Assembly (NCBI GenBank): GCA_963699755.1
Contig: CAVOVB010000003.1
Location: 608,001 to 672,000, forward strand
Length of the DNA stretch: 64,000 nt
Direction of reading: 5' to 3'
Source: an uncultured delta proteobacterium
GTDB taxonomy: Bacteria; Myxococcota_A; Polyangia; Polyangiales; Houyiibacteriaceae
Shown one piece after another: positions 30,801 to 41,588 of this stretch. The first letter of the stretch is position 1; each line of letters begins with the position of its first letter. The position numbers and the translations under genes are program-made. Below the pieces are notes generated by a model. The model had not been told where the DNA came from. It made no database searches and saw only the letters and a program-made list of their open reading frames with translations.

Positions 30801-31234
30801 AGGGCAAGGTCTTCATCAGCGTCAAAGAGGACGACAAATCCGCTGCTGCGGAGGTGGCGCGCCGCCTAAAGGAGCTGGGCTTCGACATCGTTGCCACCAA
30901 AGGCACCCGAGAGGTGCTCGAACGCGCGGGGGTCGACGCGGAGAATGTCTTCAAGGTCGGCGAGGGGAGGCCGCACAGCGTCGATCTGCTCCGAAATGGT
31001 GAGATCGCCCTCGTGGTCAACACTACCGAAGGCGCCAAGGCGATTCGAGACAGCCGCTCGATGCGACGCCAAACCGTCTTGAGTGACGTGCCGTATTTCA
31101 CGACGATCGCCGCGGCCGTCGCCGCAGTGGATGCGATCGAAGCGCGGCGCTTCGGGCCGCTGGCGGTTTGCTCTCTGCAGGAGTACCATGCGCAGAACCG
31201 CGAGCTACCGACGCTCCCGCCTCTGAGGCGCTAG
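27875..31234 (+). CDS. carB: Carbamoyl-phosphate synthase large subunit
   Basis: [50 protein letters not shown] and [11 protein letters not shown]-terminal MGS domain. Confidence 0.98.
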   Translation: MPRRDDIESVLLIGSGPIVIGQACEFDYSGTQGAKALKEEGYRIILVNSNPATIMTDPEFADRTYVEPLTPEILESIIEREKPDAVLPTLGGQTALNLALALADRGVLEKHGVELIGANVDAIRKAEERELFKAAMDKIGLASARAEVARTLEDANAAAERIGFPIILRPSLTMGGSGGGVAYNKAEFEEAIRWAFQCSPIHECLIEESLIGWKEYELEVIRDNADNFGVICTIENLDPMGVHTGDSITVAPAMTLTDREYQRLRDAARAIITEIGVETGGSNIQFSVNPADGRVIVIEMNPRVSRSSALASKATGYPIAKIAAKLAVGYRLDELQNDITGTSAAFEPTIDYVVTKIPRFAFEKFAGADPRLTTQMKSVGEAMAIGRTFKESVQKAARSLETGRDGLTSLLSKVDYRDLAAQVRRLVETGEAINTAKPMLGDLPKATEGELRESILDLIRTPLADRLWYLADGLRVGLSVEELHGATQIDVWFLEQMRQIIAFEQDLKDSSGQPATETLLRRAKELGFSDGQIAALRGEAARDVRAARATHGVEPVYSRVDTCAAEFPALTPYMYSTWGRDNEARADSDTRKVMILGGGPNRIGQGIEFDYCCVHASFALKEMGFETIMVNCNPETVSTDYDTSDKLYFEPLTFEDVMHIVEVEKPDGIIVQFGGQTPLKLAVPLSRAGVPILGTSADAIDRAEDRERFEELLTKLGLDRPRGGIAHGTKDAFTVAERIGFPVVVRPSYVLGGRAMEIVHSQEELARYMTVALEAVADAETQTILVDEFLKDAIEVDVDCVSDGKHVVIGGLLQHIEEAGIHSGDSSMALPAHALPPDVLATLRASTRALALELGVIGLMNVQFAVRGSAVYVIEVNPRASRTIPFISKAIGVPLAKIAAKVMAGSTLRELGYTREVVPQHIAVKESVFPFTKFPGVDTILSPEMRSTGEVMGIADNFPDAFYKALLSAYTELPDEGKVFISVKEDDKSAAAEVARRLKELGFDIVATKGTREVLERAGVDAENVFKVGEGRPHSVDLLRNGEIALVVNTTEGAKAIRDSRSMRRQTVLSDVPYFTTIAAAVAAVDAIEARRFGPLAVCSLQEYHAQNRELPTLPPLRR

Positions 31235-31276
31235 CTTTGGGTTGCCTTAGTTCAGGGCAGACATTACGAGTATCGG

Positions 31277-31747
31277 ATGAATCGGGTTCCGATGACCCCA
31301 GAAGGGCACGCCGCCCTAAGCGCTGAGCTCAACGCCCTCAAAGCCGAGCGGCCCAAGATCTCTCAGGAGATCGGGATCGCCCGCGAGCATGGGGACCTCA
31401 AAGAAAACGCCGAGTACCACGCCGCGAAAGAAAAGCAGGGCATGTGCGAGGCGCGCATCGCCGAGATCGAAGACAAGCTCTCCCGCGCCGAGGTCATCGA
31501 CCCGTCGACCCTCGGTGGCAGCAGGGTGAAGTTTGGTGCGTTCGTCGAGCTCGAGGACATGGACAACGGCAAGGTCGTCACGTACCGCCTGGTCGGTGCC
31601 GACGAGTCCGACCTGAAGCAGGGTAAGATCTCGATCACCTCTCCGGTGGCGCGCGCGCTCGTGGGCAAGGAAGTCGGCGACGAGGTGGCGGTCCAGACTC
31701 CGGGCGGCGTCCGAAACTACGAAATCAGCGACGTTCGCTGGGATTGA
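31277..31747 (+). CDS. greA: Transcription elongation factor GreA
   Basis: [18 protein letters not shown] and [11 protein letters not shown] motifs. Confidence 0.97.
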   Translation: MNRVPMTPEGHAALSAELNALKAERPKISQEIGIAREHGDLKENAEYHAAKEKQGMCEARIAEIEDKLSRAEVIDPSTLGGSRVKFGAFVELEDMDNGKVVTYRLVGADESDLKQGKISITSPVARALVGKEVGDEVAVQTPGGVRNYEISDVRWD

Positions 31748-33870
31748 GTGAGCCTCGAACGGAGAGGCAGCGAGCGCTGGTGCCTAGACTGCTCGACCAT
31801 CCCGTCGAATCCTTGCCCGGCATAGGGCCGACGACCGGCGCACTCCTGCGTGCCCGTGGCTATGATTCAGTCGGCGACCTCTTGTGGCTTCTCCCACGGG
31901 GGTACGACGATCAACGAGAGCCCGTGCCGATTCACCGGCTTCGGGATGGTGTTTATGCGGTGGTCGAGGGGAGGGTCCGTCGGGCGCGCGCGTTTCCTCG
32001 CGGCGGGCAGACGGGCTTCGTGGCGCGGCTAGAGCCCATTGATGGGCCGGCGGAGAGCGAAGGTTATCGCGAGCTGAAGCTGGTCTGGTTTCGCTCCATT
32101 CCCGGGCTCGGGCGGCGCTTTGCCGAAGGAGAGAGGGTTCGCGTCGCGGGCAAGGTCCACGACTATCGCGGCACCGCGACCATGGCGCACCCCGAGTCGC
32201 TTGCGGCGGAGACGCCGGGCGCCGTCGAGCCTCGCTATCCGGAGATTCCAGGTGTCCGCCGCAAGCAGCTCCGGCGTGCGGTCCGAGCGGCGGTCGACCG
32301 CGCGGCAGCCCAGGTTCCCGATCTGATCCCGGCAGCCCTGCGCGCCGAGCTCGGGGTCTCCACCGTAGGCGCGGCCCTTCGCGAAATGCACATTCCCGAT
32401 CCTGCCACCTTCGATGCGGGGCACGAAACGGCGAGCCTGGCACAGCGACGGCTCGCGCTCGAGGAGCTCGTGCTCTGGGAGCTTGCCCTTCGGTTGAGGC
32501 GAGCCTCGGAGCAGGGCGGCATCGCGCAGAAATTCGAGATCGAGCCCGCGGTCTCGACGGCGTCTGCCGCGTTTCCTTTCCGCCTCACGGACGCGCAACG
32601 GTCGGCGGTCGCGGAGGTGAGTCAGGCGCTGCGGAGCGAAACGCCCATGCGACGCCTGCTTCAAGGCGACGTTGGATGCGGTAAGACGGCCGTGGCGATG
32701 GTCGCCTGCGCACAGGTCCATGCAGGCGGCGCGCAAGCGGTGTTTTTGGCGCCGACCGAGCTCTTGGCCGACCAGCACGCGGAGACCTTGAAGCCGACCG
32801 CCGACAAGCTCGGCCTTCGCCTCGGGGTCCTCACAGGCGCGCTCAGCAAGGATGAGCGACGCTCGATGCTCGACCGCTTGGCTACGGGCGCCGTCGACCT
32901 GGTCGTCGGAACACACGCGCTCCTGAGCGGAGAGGTCCGATTTGCGAACCTCGGCCTGGTCATCGTCGATGAGCAGCATCGCTTTGGCGTCGCTCAGCGG
33001 CTTCGTCTCGGCAACAGAGGCTCGGCTGGTCGGCCGCATCTGCTCGTCATGACCGCGACGCCAATCCCTCGAAGCCTCGCCTTGGTCCTCTATGCGGGCC
33101 TCGAGCTGACCAGCATCGAAGCGAAGCCACCGGGGCGTATCCCCGTCACGACCAGGATGCTCTCACGCTCGAAACGCGAAGCGGTGCTCCGTCAGATCGA
33201 GCGCGCGCTCGAAGCGGCGGGTAGGGCCTTTGTCGTCTGCCCCGCGATCTCGGCGTCGGACGATCTCGTCGGCGTCGACCGAACCGCCGCGGAAATGAAG
33301 GCGCGTTTCGGGGACGAGCGCGTCGGGCAAATCCACGGCCGTCTTTCGGGCGACGAGCGCCGCGACTTGATGCGCGCGTTTTCGGAAGGCGAGCTTCGGG
33401 TTTTGATTGGCACCACGGTGCTCGAGGTCGGCGTCGACGTGCCCGCGGCGAACATCATGGTGATCGAGCAAGCAGAACGCTTCGGGCTCGCGCAGCTCCA
33501 TCAACTTCGGGGCCGTGTGGGCAGGGCAGGTCAGCGGAGTGCCTGCCTGCTCACCTTCGCCGATCCCTTGTCCGAGGAAGCCGAGGCAAGGCTTCAAGCC
33601 CTTTGCGACACCGACGACGGCTTCGAGCTGGCGGAGCGCGACCTGGAGCTGAGAGGGCCGGGTCACCTTTTCGGATACCGGCAATCGGGGGCGAGCGGCC
33701 TCCAGTTTGCAAGCCTGGCCGAGGACCAGACGCTTCTCGAGTGCGCTGGCGATCTGGCCCAACGCATGATCGAGCGCGACCCCGACTTGTCGGCGCCCGA
33801 GCACGTCAACGCCCGTGCGGCCGTCGAGCGCTGGGAACGCAACGCCGCCGTGCGGGAAGACGCGGGCTAG
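31744..33870 (+). CDS. recG: ATP-dependent DNA helicase RecG
   Basis: [38 protein letters not shown] and DLELRGPG...RQSG. Confidence 0.95.
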   Translation: MSEPRTERQRALVPRLLDHPVESLPGIGPTTGALLRARGYDSVGDLLWLLPRGYDDQREPVPIHRLRDGVYAVVEGRVRRARAFPRGGQTGFVARLEPIDGPAESEGYRELKLVWFRSIPGLGRRFAEGERVRVAGKVHDYRGTATMAHPESLAAETPGAVEPRYPEIPGVRRKQLRRAVRAAVDRAAAQVPDLIPAALRAELGVSTVGAALREMHIPDPATFDAGHETASLAQRRLALEELVLWELALRLRRASEQGGIAQKFEIEPAVSTASAAFPFRLTDAQRSAVAEVSQALRSETPMRRLLQGDVGCGKTAVAMVACAQVHAGGAQAVFLAPTELLADQHAETLKPTADKLGLRLGVLTGALSKDERRSMLDRLATGAVDLVVGTHALLSGEVRFANLGLVIVDEQHRFGVAQRLRLGNRGSAGRPHLLVMTATPIPRSLALVLYAGLELTSIEAKPPGRIPVTTRMLSRSKREAVLRQIERALEAAGRAFVVCPAISASDDLVGVDRTAAEMKARFGDERVGQIHGRLSGDERRDLMRAFSEGELRVLIGTTVLEVGVDVPAANIMVIEQAERFGLAQLHQLRGRVGRAGQRSACLLTFADPLSEEAEARLQALCDTDDGFELAERDLELRGPGHLFGYRQSGASGLQFASLAEDQTLLECAGDLAQRMIERDPDLSAPEHVNARAAVERWERNAAVREDAG

Positions 33871-33905
33871 GGGCGAATCACGATTGCTTCCTTCGTGCCG
33901 GCTTC

Positions 33906-33934
33906 TTGACGCCTTGCGGGGACCCAGGTAGTTC
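33906..33934 (+). promoter_or_regulatory. Candidate sigma70 promoter for a leaderless mglA-like transcript
   Basis: TTGACG-N17-TAGTTC ending 6 nt before ATG 33941; no SD sequence. Confidence 0.4.
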
Positions 33935-33940
33935 CCACTT

Positions 33941-34669
33941 ATGCCCCTGGTTCATCACGCGCAGCGCGAAGTCACGCTCAAGGTCGTCTACTACGGCGTT
34001 GGGCTCGGGGGGAAAACCACCAACCTCGAAACCATCCATGCCCAGACCCGGCCGGAGCTGCGCGGCAAGCTCGTGACCGTCAACACCGAGGCCGAGAGGA
34101 CGCTCTTCCTCGATTTCCTGCCACTGCAGCTCGGCACCTTCCGCGGCTACAAGGTGCGCCTTCATTTGATCTCGGTCCCCGGGCAGATCGCCCAGGACTC
34201 GACGCGCCGAATGGTGCTCCGCAACGTCGACGGCGTCGTGCTCGTCATCGATAGCCAGGCAGGCGCAATCGAGGGCAACAACTACGCGATACGGAACCTC
34301 GACTACAACTTGCGACAGCAGGGCGTCGACCCGGACCGAATCCCGCTCGTCGTGCAGTACAACAAGCGCGATCTGCACGGCGTCCTCGATGTCGAAGAGC
34401 TCAGCGAACGACTCGGCGTACCCGAAGGCATTCCCGAGCTCGTCGCGAGCGCACGAGATGGCTGGGGCGTCTTCGAAACCGTGAAATCGATCGTCCGCAT
34501 CTGCATGCATGAGCTGGGCGACCCCAGCCTGCGAGACGACGGCCGCATCGAGTGCTTGCTCGAGGAGCCACGAAACCGTTTCTACCCGAGCGGCCCGGTC
34601 TCCATGATTCACGCTTTGGCGCCCGAGGAAGAGCTCGACCTCGAAGATCTTGAGATCATCAGCGGCTAG
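33941..34669 (+). CDS. MglA-family small Ras-like GTPase (orphan paralog with C-terminal extension)
   Basis: KVVYYGVGLGGKTTNL, ERTLFLDF, VPGQ and QYNKRDL; G21, R53 and Q82 fall at MglA numbering. Confidence 0.88.
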   Translation: MPLVHHAQREVTLKVVYYGVGLGGKTTNLETIHAQTRPELRGKLVTVNTEAERTLFLDFLPLQLGTFRGYKVRLHLISVPGQIAQDSTRRMVLRNVDGVVLVIDSQAGAIEGNNYAIRNLDYNLRQQGVDPDRIPLVVQYNKRDLHGVLDVEELSERLGVPEGIPELVASARDGWGVFETVKSIVRICMHELGDPSLRDDGRIECLLEEPRNRFYPSGPVSMIHALAPEEELDLEDLEIISG

Positions 34670-34672
34670 ACG

Positions 34673-35554
34673 ATGAAGGCGCCCGGCCCAGAGTCCGTCG
34701 CCAAGCGTGTTCAGACCGTTGCCCCGACCATCGAAATGCTCCCGGTGCGCACGCCGACCTTGCCGCCGGCGACGCACACCAACACATTCCTGATCGGCAC
34801 CGGTGAAGCGGTCCTGATCGAGCCCGCAACCCCTTATCGGGAAGAGCAAGACCTCATGGTCCAGTGGATCCAGTCGGCTCGAATCCGGGGCGTCGAGCCC
34901 GTCGCGATCCTCGCCACGCATCATCATCCAGACCACGTGGGGGGCGCCATGGCGCTTCGCGAACGCTTGCAGCTCCCGCTCTGGGCACACGCGATGACCG
35001 CGCGGCGCCTCGACGGCATCGTCGATATCGACCGATTGATCCAAGACGGGGAGCGAATCGAGCTCGACGGCCCGACACCCACGTCGCTCACTGCGCTCCA
35101 CACCCCGGGCCACGCGCCCGGCCACCTCTGCTTCACCGACGAGGCCAGCGAAATCATGGTCGCCGGCGACATGGTCGCCTCCATCGGCACCATCATCGTC
35201 GAACCGACCGACGGCGACATGCTCCTCTACCTGGAGTCGCTTCGAAAGATGTCGACCCTAGAGCCGGCGGGCTTGCTCCCCGCACACGGAACCCTGATCG
35301 AGCAGCCGCAGGCAGTTCTGAGCTTCTACATCGAACACCGCTTGATGCGAGAGCGCAAAGTCCTCGCAGCACTCGAAGCCCGCGGCAAGGCATCGCGGCC
35401 GAGACACCTGGTTGCAAGCGCCTACGCGGACACGCCCAAGGCTCTGTGGCCGCTGGCTCTACTGTCCATCGAAGCGCACTTGATCAAGCTCGATCGCGAG
35501 GGGCGCGTCTGGAAAGAAGGCGACCGCTGGGCGCCAATTCCCGCCCCTGGCTGA
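34673..35554 (+). CDS. MBL-fold metallo-hydrolase (LACTB2-like)
   Basis: THHHPDHVGG, HTPGHAPGH, AGD and LPAHG; C-terminal winged-helix-like segment (AHLIKL). Confidence 0.9.
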   Translation: MKAPGPESVAKRVQTVAPTIEMLPVRTPTLPPATHTNTFLIGTGEAVLIEPATPYREEQDLMVQWIQSARIRGVEPVAILATHHHPDHVGGAMALRERLQLPLWAHAMTARRLDGIVDIDRLIQDGERIELDGPTPTSLTALHTPGHAPGHLCFTDEASEIMVAGDMVASIGTIIVEPTDGDMLLYLESLRKMSTLEPAGLLPAHGTLIEQPQAVLSFYIEHRLMRERKVLAALEARGKASRPRHLVASAYADTPKALWPLALLSIEAHLIKLDREGRVWKEGDRWAPIPAPG

Positions 35555-35656
35555 CGCTCGAACTAGCGCTGACACAGCCTCCCTGTCACGACTGCCCCCA
35601 AGCCACCGCGGCAGCTGCCCCTAGCCATGACGCAATCCCTTCGTTACAACCCCCGC

Positions 35657-36142
35657 ATGCCGCGCTTCCGATTCGAGCACCCCCAGAACGTCGACACGGT
35701 CTTCAACCTCATCACCAGCCCCGACGAGCTCACACGCCGATGTCAGGCGCTTGGTGAGCGCAACGTGAAGGTTGAAGCGAGTGAAAGCGGCGGCGTCACC
35801 AAGACCCAAATCGTCCGTGAGGTCGAGCAAGAGCTTCCCGGGTTTGCCAAGAAGCTCTTCAAGCCGAAGAACACCCTGGTCGAGCGAGAGGAATGGCGCT
35901 GCGTCGACGGCGGCTACGAAGCCAAAGGGCAGCTCAAGATCGTCGGCACCGGCGCCACCATCGACTCGACCATTCGGCTCTCCGCAAGCGGCGCAGGTTG
36001 CATCTACGAGATCGACTTCCAGGTCACCGCAAAGGCGCCGCTCATTCGCCGCAAGCTCGAATCGTTCATCGGCGACACGGCGCTCCAAAGCCTCCGCGAC
36101 CAGCATGCGCATTACGCGCGGAGGCTCGGGGAATCGGGATAG
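35657..36142 (+). CDS. START/SRPBCC-like protein (DUF2505-like)
   Basis: ELPGFAKKLF...EEW and VTAKAPLIRRKLESFI pattern; alternative ATG at 35627. Confidence 0.6.
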   Translation: MPRFRFEHPQNVDTVFNLITSPDELTRRCQALGERNVKVEASESGGVTKTQIVREVEQELPGFAKKLFKPKNTLVEREEWRCVDGGYEAKGQLKIVGTGATIDSTIRLSASGAGCIYEIDFQVTAKAPLIRRKLESFIGDTALQSLRDQHAHYARRLGESG

Positions 36143-36153
36143 AGCGAATTGTC

Positions 36154-36552
36154 ATGGCGGTGCGGGTGACGCTGTCGCTCGCATTGACGCTGACGCTGGC
36201 TCCGGCGCTGCCGTTCCGCCATCGACCCCGCATCGAACACGACGAGTTCGTCATGGGGCACATGGGCGCGTTGCAGAAGGCACGAAACATCCGACGCGAC
36301 CCTCGCGTCAGCCTCTCCTGCCTCGGTCAGCAAACGAACGAGATGGGCTTGCTAACGCACGTCGTCGCCTACGGAGAAGCCCGCGTGACCGAAGGAGGAG
36401 CCGCCGACCTCCTGCGACGCCCCGCACAGATCTCCATGGGACCCCACCTCGTCTTCCGACCCGAGCCCTACCGGAGCAACCCTGGGTACATCACGCGCAT
36501 CCATCCGATGCGATGTGGAGGCGTGGGCCCTTGGAGTGAGGCACAAAGCTAG
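36154..36552 (+). pseudogene. N-terminally truncated PPOX-class (pyridoxamine 5'-phosphate oxidase-like) oxidoreductase remnant
   Basis: KARNIRRDPRVSLS, YGEARVTEGGA and GYITRI.P...GVGPW match the C-terminal part of the family; the N-terminus is replaced by a low-complexity hexamer tract. Confidence 0.55.
36168..36215 (-). repeat. Degenerate hexamer tandem repeat (same type as 6096-6131, opposite strand)
   Basis: + strand gacgct gtcgct cgcatt gacgct gacgct ggctcc ggcgct gccgtt. Confidence 0.55.
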
Positions 36553-36639
36553 GCACACGGCCCTGGGTCGCGACTTCCTTGAGGAGTACATGGCAAACCC
36601 ACGTCGCAGATCGAGAGCAACGGTCGGCGGTTCGTTCGC

Positions 36640-37596
36640 TCACCCCATCGAATTCAACGACCAATCGTACCGATGGTAATCAAACGTATACCCAGCCTCG
36701 AACGCGGCTTCCAAGGTCGCCCGATGCTCCCCCCGCGCATGGTTCAACAAGAAGAACCGCACGCCTTCAAGCCGTCCGAAGTCGCTCTGATAGTACCGAA
36801 ACGTGATCGGCATGCGCACCACACGCGCTTCATTATCGACCTCGACGTCCGCGGCCACGTAGTTGAGAGTCGCTCGCTCCAGCTGATCATCGAGCTTGGA
36901 TGCATCGTAAAACGCGACGGGCGGGCAGCTCGTCGATGCGCAAACCAGCGCTGCATGAATCCGCGGGTCCACCTGGGAAGGACACAAAGACAGCCTCGGG
37001 TCGTCGAGGTCGAAGAGGCGCGAGCCCCGCGCGGGGTGAGGCGCGTTGCGGCGCAGCACGCCGTTTTCGATTTCGTCGAGGGTCAGCACGAAGTCACCGA
37101 CCCGATACGCCACCACCCCAAAAAACGAAGGAATCTCCATGACCGACTTGCGGATTCCCAAGGCCAGCACACCGTGAATCGCCAGCACGTTGTACAGGTT
37201 GATCCAAAACGCGATCCGCATCGCGTCATCGACGATGTCGTTCGGGTCGATGGCTTGCAGCAGCCCACTGGTCGCCTTCATCTCGGCAAAGGTCGGCGAG
37301 CTTTCGAGTGTTCTGTAGTCGACCTGCCCCTGCTCATCGAGCGCCTCGACCTTCAACTGATTCCGCATCTTGCGCAGCCGTTCGGCCACTTCGGTCGGAG
37401 AACCCGTTGCCCGAGGCGTCGGCGCATCATCGTTGAGCACCCTTCGCCGCAGCCACGGATTGGGCACAAAGGCCCTGGCGAGCTCTGCTGGATTGCGGGC
37501 GTGCTTCAGCATGTCGCCAGCGTCGCGAAGATTTCGGAACCAAGAGTCGCCCATCTCCCGGAGGGTACGGCCCGGAAAGGGGTTCGTCACTCTCAC
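36640..37596 (-). CDS. DUF547 domain protein
   Basis: GQVDY, AFWINLYNVL, TLDEIENGVLR, DPRIHAALVCASTSCP and YDWSLN; GTG start uncertain. Confidence 0.85.
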   Translation of the reverse strand: MRVTNPFPGRTLREMGDSWFRNLRDAGDMLKHARNPAELARAFVPNPWLRRRVLNDDAPTPRATGSPTEVAERLRKMRNQLKVEALDEQGQVDYRTLESSPTFAEMKATSGLLQAIDPNDIVDDAMRIAFWINLYNVLAIHGVLALGIRKSVMEIPSFFGVVAYRVGDFVLTLDEIENGVLRRNAPHPARGSRLFDLDDPRLSLCPSQVDPRIHAALVCASTSCPPVAFYDASKLDDQLERATLNYVAADVEVDNEARVVRMPITFRYYQSDFGRLEGVRFFLLNHARGEHRATLEAAFEAGYTFDYHRYDWSLNSMG

Positions 37597-37621
37597 ATCG
37601 AGCCCCGCGTGACGGGCAGCG

Positions 37622-39658
37622 TCAGTCTTGCACCGAACCCGGAAGCTGAACGACGACGCCGGGCGAGGTTTCGAGCGGCCGCACCGTGATCGGGTCGCTG
37701 CTGAAATTCTCGCCCGCGTCGGGGTGCCGGGCCGTAATCCAAACCGAACCTGCGGGGACCCCCCGCAGCCGAAATACGCCGCGAGCGTCGCTGAGTGCTG
37801 CTCGGTCCCATCGTGGTGGGTCGCCCCAGGTGACCTCTGCGCCCGGCACCCGGTCGCTGACTGCGTCCAACACCTGGCCCTCGATCGAGCCACCGGGTTT
37901 CAGGCGAACCCGGTCGAGCTCCTGCGGCTGGTCGACGTAACGCGGCGGCTCGAGCACCACACGCTGCGTTTGCGTTTCGTACTCGGGATGAGAGAACGAC
38001 ACCTCGTAGGTCCCGGTCGGCGCACGCCGAATCACGAAGCTGCCGTCGCTTCGGGTCGTGGTCTCGTGCTTTACAGGCCCGTCGAGCCCAACCCGAACGT
38101 CCGGAAGTCCGTCGCCGGTCCAGTCATCCACCACCTCGCCGAGGAGCGTCACCCCGGCCGTCATCACGACTCGAACTTCGTCGATGCTCTCGACAAGGGC
38201 AATCCGTGCAGAGCTAAACGCCGGATGCTCGGCGCCGAGCTCGAACGGTGGCTCGGGGAGGGCCGGCACCGAAAACGTTCCATCGGCATCGGATTTCGCG
38301 GTCCGTTGAATCGGAGTCGCTGGGCTCTTCGAGGTGACGGTCAAAATCGCGCCGCCCACGCCCAAGCCGCGCTCGTCGACCACGCGCCCACGCAGCGTAT
38401 AGAGCGTGCTCGCCAATGCCAGCTCGACGGTGACCAGCGCGTCCTCGCCGATCTCCACGGTTTCACGCGCGGGTGGAAGATCATACGGGAGGGCGGTGAC
38501 GGTGACTTCGTCCCGAACGCCTCGAAACGAGAACCAGCCGTCGGTCGCCGTCACCGAGATTCGGGGAATGCGCTCGCTGTCGCCTTGAAGCTCGACTGGG
38601 ATTCCCTCGAGCCCGTCTCCCCGCTCGTCCACGACCCGGCCCGAGAGCTCTGCCCCCGGTCGCATCACGAGCTCGAGCTCCGAGCGCGCGGCTCCGGCCT
38701 TCAGCTGGAGCCTTGCGGATTCCGCTGGTGCGAAGTCGTCGTGGCTTGCAACGATTCGGTACGGTCCAGGCTGGAGATTGCTCAGACGAAAACGACCGTC
38801 GGCGCCGGTCTCAGTCTGCCGGAGGAATGCAAGCGCTCCGCCAACACCAGCCGAGATCGGCGGCACAGGTCCCGAAGTCACCCCCAGTGAGTCACCGGCG
38901 CTTAGACCCGCGCCGGGCCGCTGTCCCTCCCCGAAGGCTCGCACCGTAGCCGCCTCCACGGGGAAACCCCGCTCATCGACGACCCGACCAGCAATCGTCG
39001 ATCCGCGCACGAGGCGAACCGTCATCGACGGATCAGACGCGCCGTGCCGCAAGGGACCAGCCGCGACGTATCCTTCCGCCTCGACGTACAAGCTCTGCTC
39101 GTCGCCGACGACCCCATCGAGCTCAAATCGCCCGCGCGCATCGCTTCGCGTGCGCCGAGTGTGCAGCCCGACCATCCCCGAGGCCAAGGTGATTTCGGCG
39201 CCTAGGATGGCCCGACCCGTTTGCGCGTCGATGACCTGACCCGCGACCATCCAGCCTGGCGCCAGCTGCACTCCGAAGGCCCGTCTTGTGCCCGCATCAA
39301 GGATTAGCCCTTCGACGGGCGGTGCGACGAGCGCCCCCTTGGAGACCCGGAGCTCGTAGATCCCCGCAGGGATATCAGGCCAATGAAACCGCCCATCGGC
39401 GCCGCTTCGAACCGAGCGCGCCGGCCAAAAGCCGCTACCGGCGAGCGACACCAGCGCCCCTTCGAGTGGAGCCCCGCGCTCGTCGAAGATTCGCCCCGAC
39501 ACAGTCGCCGATCCCAGGTCGAGCCCCGAGGACGAGCGGGCCCCGGGGCGGACGCCGTTCGGCGCAGCTGAGGCGATCTCCCTTTTTGGCCCGTAGGTGC
39601 CTGGAATTACGAAAGTCCCGAGCACCAAGAGCCCGGTGATCGCGCCCGCCACTCGCAT
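37622..39658 (-). CDS. Exported protein with tandem carboxypeptidase-regulatory-like (Ig-like) repeats
   Basis: About six GRVVDERG.P+.GA.V...T..DG.F....+..G.Y units after an N-terminal hydrophobic segment. Confidence 0.82.
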   Translation of the reverse strand: MRVAGAITGLLVLGTFVIPGTYGPKREIASAAPNGVRPGARSSSGLDLGSATVSGRIFDERGAPLEGALVSLAGSGFWPARSVRSGADGRFHWPDIPAGIYELRVSKGALVAPPVEGLILDAGTRRAFGVQLAPGWMVAGQVIDAQTGRAILGAEITLASGMVGLHTRRTRSDARGRFELDGVVGDEQSLYVEAEGYVAAGPLRHGASDPSMTVRLVRGSTIAGRVVDERGFPVEAATVRAFGEGQRPGAGLSAGDSLGVTSGPVPPISAGVGGALAFLRQTETGADGRFRLSNLQPGPYRIVASHDDFAPAESARLQLKAGAARSELELVMRPGAELSGRVVDERGDGLEGIPVELQGDSERIPRISVTATDGWFSFRGVRDEVTVTALPYDLPPARETVEIGEDALVTVELALASTLYTLRGRVVDERGLGVGGAILTVTSKSPATPIQRTAKSDADGTFSVPALPEPPFELGAEHPAFSSARIALVESIDEVRVVMTAGVTLLGEVVDDWTGDGLPDVRVGLDGPVKHETTTRSDGSFVIRRAPTGTYEVSFSHPEYETQTQRVVLEPPRYVDQPQELDRVRLKPGGSIEGQVLDAVSDRVPGAEVTWGDPPRWDRAALSDARGVFRLRGVPAGSVWITARHPDAGENFSSDPITVRPLETSPGVVVQLPGSVQD

Positions 39659-39763
39659 TCAGCTTGGTTCTATCTTCGATCGGTCCTCGGGGCGAGGCCG
39701 CATTCTTGCGACCCCCCAAGACCGGTGCTAGACCGCGGCTCCCTGAGAACTCGGACACCGGCC

Positions 39764-39955
39764 ATGGCACAGACATGTGATTTCTGCGGTAAGAACCGCC
39801 ACAAAGCTCACAAGGTGAGTCACTCGAACATCAAGACGAGGAAGTGGCAGCAGCCCAATCTGCAGTCGATTCGGGCGATCGTCGACGGCGAAATCCGCCG
39901 TGTATCGGCCTGCACGCGCTGCATTCGCTCGGGTAAGGTTGTCAAGGCTGCCTAG
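39764..39955 (+). CDS. rpmB: 50S ribosomal protein L28 (Zn-ribbon, C+ form)
   Basis: CDFCGK...VSHSNIKTRKWQQPNLQ...CTRCIRSGKV. Confidence 0.96.
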   Translation: MAQTCDFCGKNRHKAHKVSHSNIKTRKWQQPNLQSIRAIVDGEIRRVSACTRCIRSGKVVKAA

Positions 39956-40967
39956 GCGTTCAACTAGGCGACCACGGGCTCCGCTCCCGCCGGGTTGCGA
40001 TCCGGCTTCGATCATTCTGACGTTTCCCGTCGCGCCCGAGCATTCGGGCCAGCGCCTCGATCGCTTCGTCCAGCATCGAATCCCGCGGCTCTCGCGCACG
40101 CGTGCCCAAGAGGTAGTGCGCTCGTGCGCTTATCGCGCCGATGGCACGCGCCGCCGCGCAAGTGAGCGGGTACGCACCGGCGAGCTCGTCGTCCTCGTCA
40201 GACCTCCGTTCGATGAGCCCAACGTCCCCCTCTACTTCGACGTGCTCTACGAAGACGAGGCCATTGTCGCGGTCGACAAGCCGGCGGGCCTGCCGGTGCA
40301 TCCGTCGGCCACTTATCACAAGCACACGCTGACCTCGCTCCTCAAGGAACGCTTCGGTGAGGGCGCTCCACAGATCGCGCATCGCCTCGATCGCGAAACC
40401 AGCGGGCTCCTGGTTTGCGGGCGCACCCGAGCTTCCGAGCGACGGCTCAAAATCGCCTTTGAGAATCGCCGTGTTCGCAAACGCTACCTCGCGATCGTGC
40501 GCGGAGTCATCCCCGACGACCACGGCCGGATCGAGCTTCCGATGGACCGTGCCAAGGAGGGGCTGCACATGCTGATGGAGGTCACGCCCAAAGGAGAGGG
40601 CTATCCCTCGGTCACGCGGTACCGAGTCGTGGCCCGCCGGGACGACGCCACCCTGGTTTCGCTAGCGCCTCAGAGCGGCAGACAGCACCAGCTCCGCGTG
40701 CACCTGAGCGCGATCGGTTTTCCGATCATCGGCGACAAGCTCTACGGCCCCGAAGGCTCGCAACCCTTCCTCGACTACATCGAAACCGGCATGACCGATG
40801 CGCTCCTCGGGCGGCTCGGGCACCATCGCCAGGCTCTCCACGCCTACGCGCTCGAGCTCAGCCATCCGAGCACCGGCGAACCAACCACCCTCAAAGCACC
40901 GTTCCCAGAGGACTTGGTCAGGCTATGGGGAGCGCCCCTCGGGGAGTCGGCGTTCGCGTCGGCGTAG
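39939..40967 (+). CDS. RluA/RluD-family RNA pseudouridine synthase
   Basis: S4-like RLDRF, VDKPAGLPVHP, catalytic HRLDRETSG, GRQHQLRVH and RQALHA. Start uncertain (TTG 39939 or CTG 39948). Confidence 0.88.
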   Translation: MSRLPRRSTRRPRAPLPPGCDPASIILTFPVAPEHSGQRLDRFVQHRIPRLSRTRAQEVVRSCAYRADGTRRRASERVRTGELVVLVRPPFDEPNVPLYFDVLYEDEAIVAVDKPAGLPVHPSATYHKHTLTSLLKERFGEGAPQIAHRLDRETSGLLVCGRTRASERRLKIAFENRRVRKRYLAIVRGVIPDDHGRIELPMDRAKEGLHMLMEVTPKGEGYPSVTRYRVVARRDDATLVSLAPQSGRQHQLRVHLSAIGFPIIGDKLYGPEGSQPFLDYIETGMTDALLGRLGHHRQALHAYALELSHPSTGEPTTLKAPFPEDLVRLWGAPLGESAFASA

Positions 40968-40986
40968 GCATGCTAGGCTCGGCCTC

Positions 40987-41532
40987 GTGCGTGCGCTGAT
41001 CGAGGCCGTCGCTTGCTTGGGGATTGGATGTGCCGGGGCGTCTTCCAACATGCCCGCTCCTGACTTCCGTCCTTCGGACGCGCCGCTGTTCGACCACGCG
41101 GTCGATCTCGTCGAAACGCCCGCCATCGTCCGAGGCGAGTGGGGCGGCGCTTTTGAACAGCGCGCGAGTCGCGCAGACCTGATCGCGGTCGTGCGGGTGA
41201 GCTCGCTTTCCGCGGACTTCATCAGCCGGCGGTCCGCCTATCGCCTGACCCTCAAAGTCAAGGATCGACTCAAGGGGACCGCCTCGAAGGAGCTCGTCCT
41301 GCGCGTGGGGGACGACGAGCCGGGCTACGAGAGTGTCCTGGTGAACGAGGACCGGCTGCTGCACAATCCATTCGTCGTCTTCATCAAATGGGCGGCCGAC
41401 CCGGAGTCGGGCGAGCTCATCGCGCACTGGCATCTCTCACCCGATTCAGATGGAGTCCGCGAGAAGATTGACTACGTCCTCGCTCACCCGATGAAAGATG
41501 CTCGCACTGCGGTCGAGGTCGTCGAGCAATAG
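40987..41532 (+). CDS. Hypothetical lipoprotein
   Basis: GTG start, hydrophobic stretch with GIGC lipobox-like motif; fills the gap between co-oriented genes. Confidence 0.55.
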   Translation: MRALIEAVACLGIGCAGASSNMPAPDFRPSDAPLFDHAVDLVETPAIVRGEWGGAFEQRASRADLIAVVRVSSLSADFISRRSAYRLTLKVKDRLKGTASKELVLRVGDDEPGYESVLVNEDRLLHNPFVVFIKWAADPESGELIAHWHLSPDSDGVREKIDYVLAHPMKDARTAVEVVEQ

Positions 41533-41588
41533 CTTGGAGCTCGACGTAACCTCGACCTGCGTCGTAGACTAAGCACGGAGTGATGCAC

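Noticed and set aside
36590..36679. 29-aa ORF (MANPRRRS...) with a GAGGAG RBS
   Set aside because: Overlaps the 3' end of the convergent DUF547 gene and has no recognisable motif; at most a remnant.
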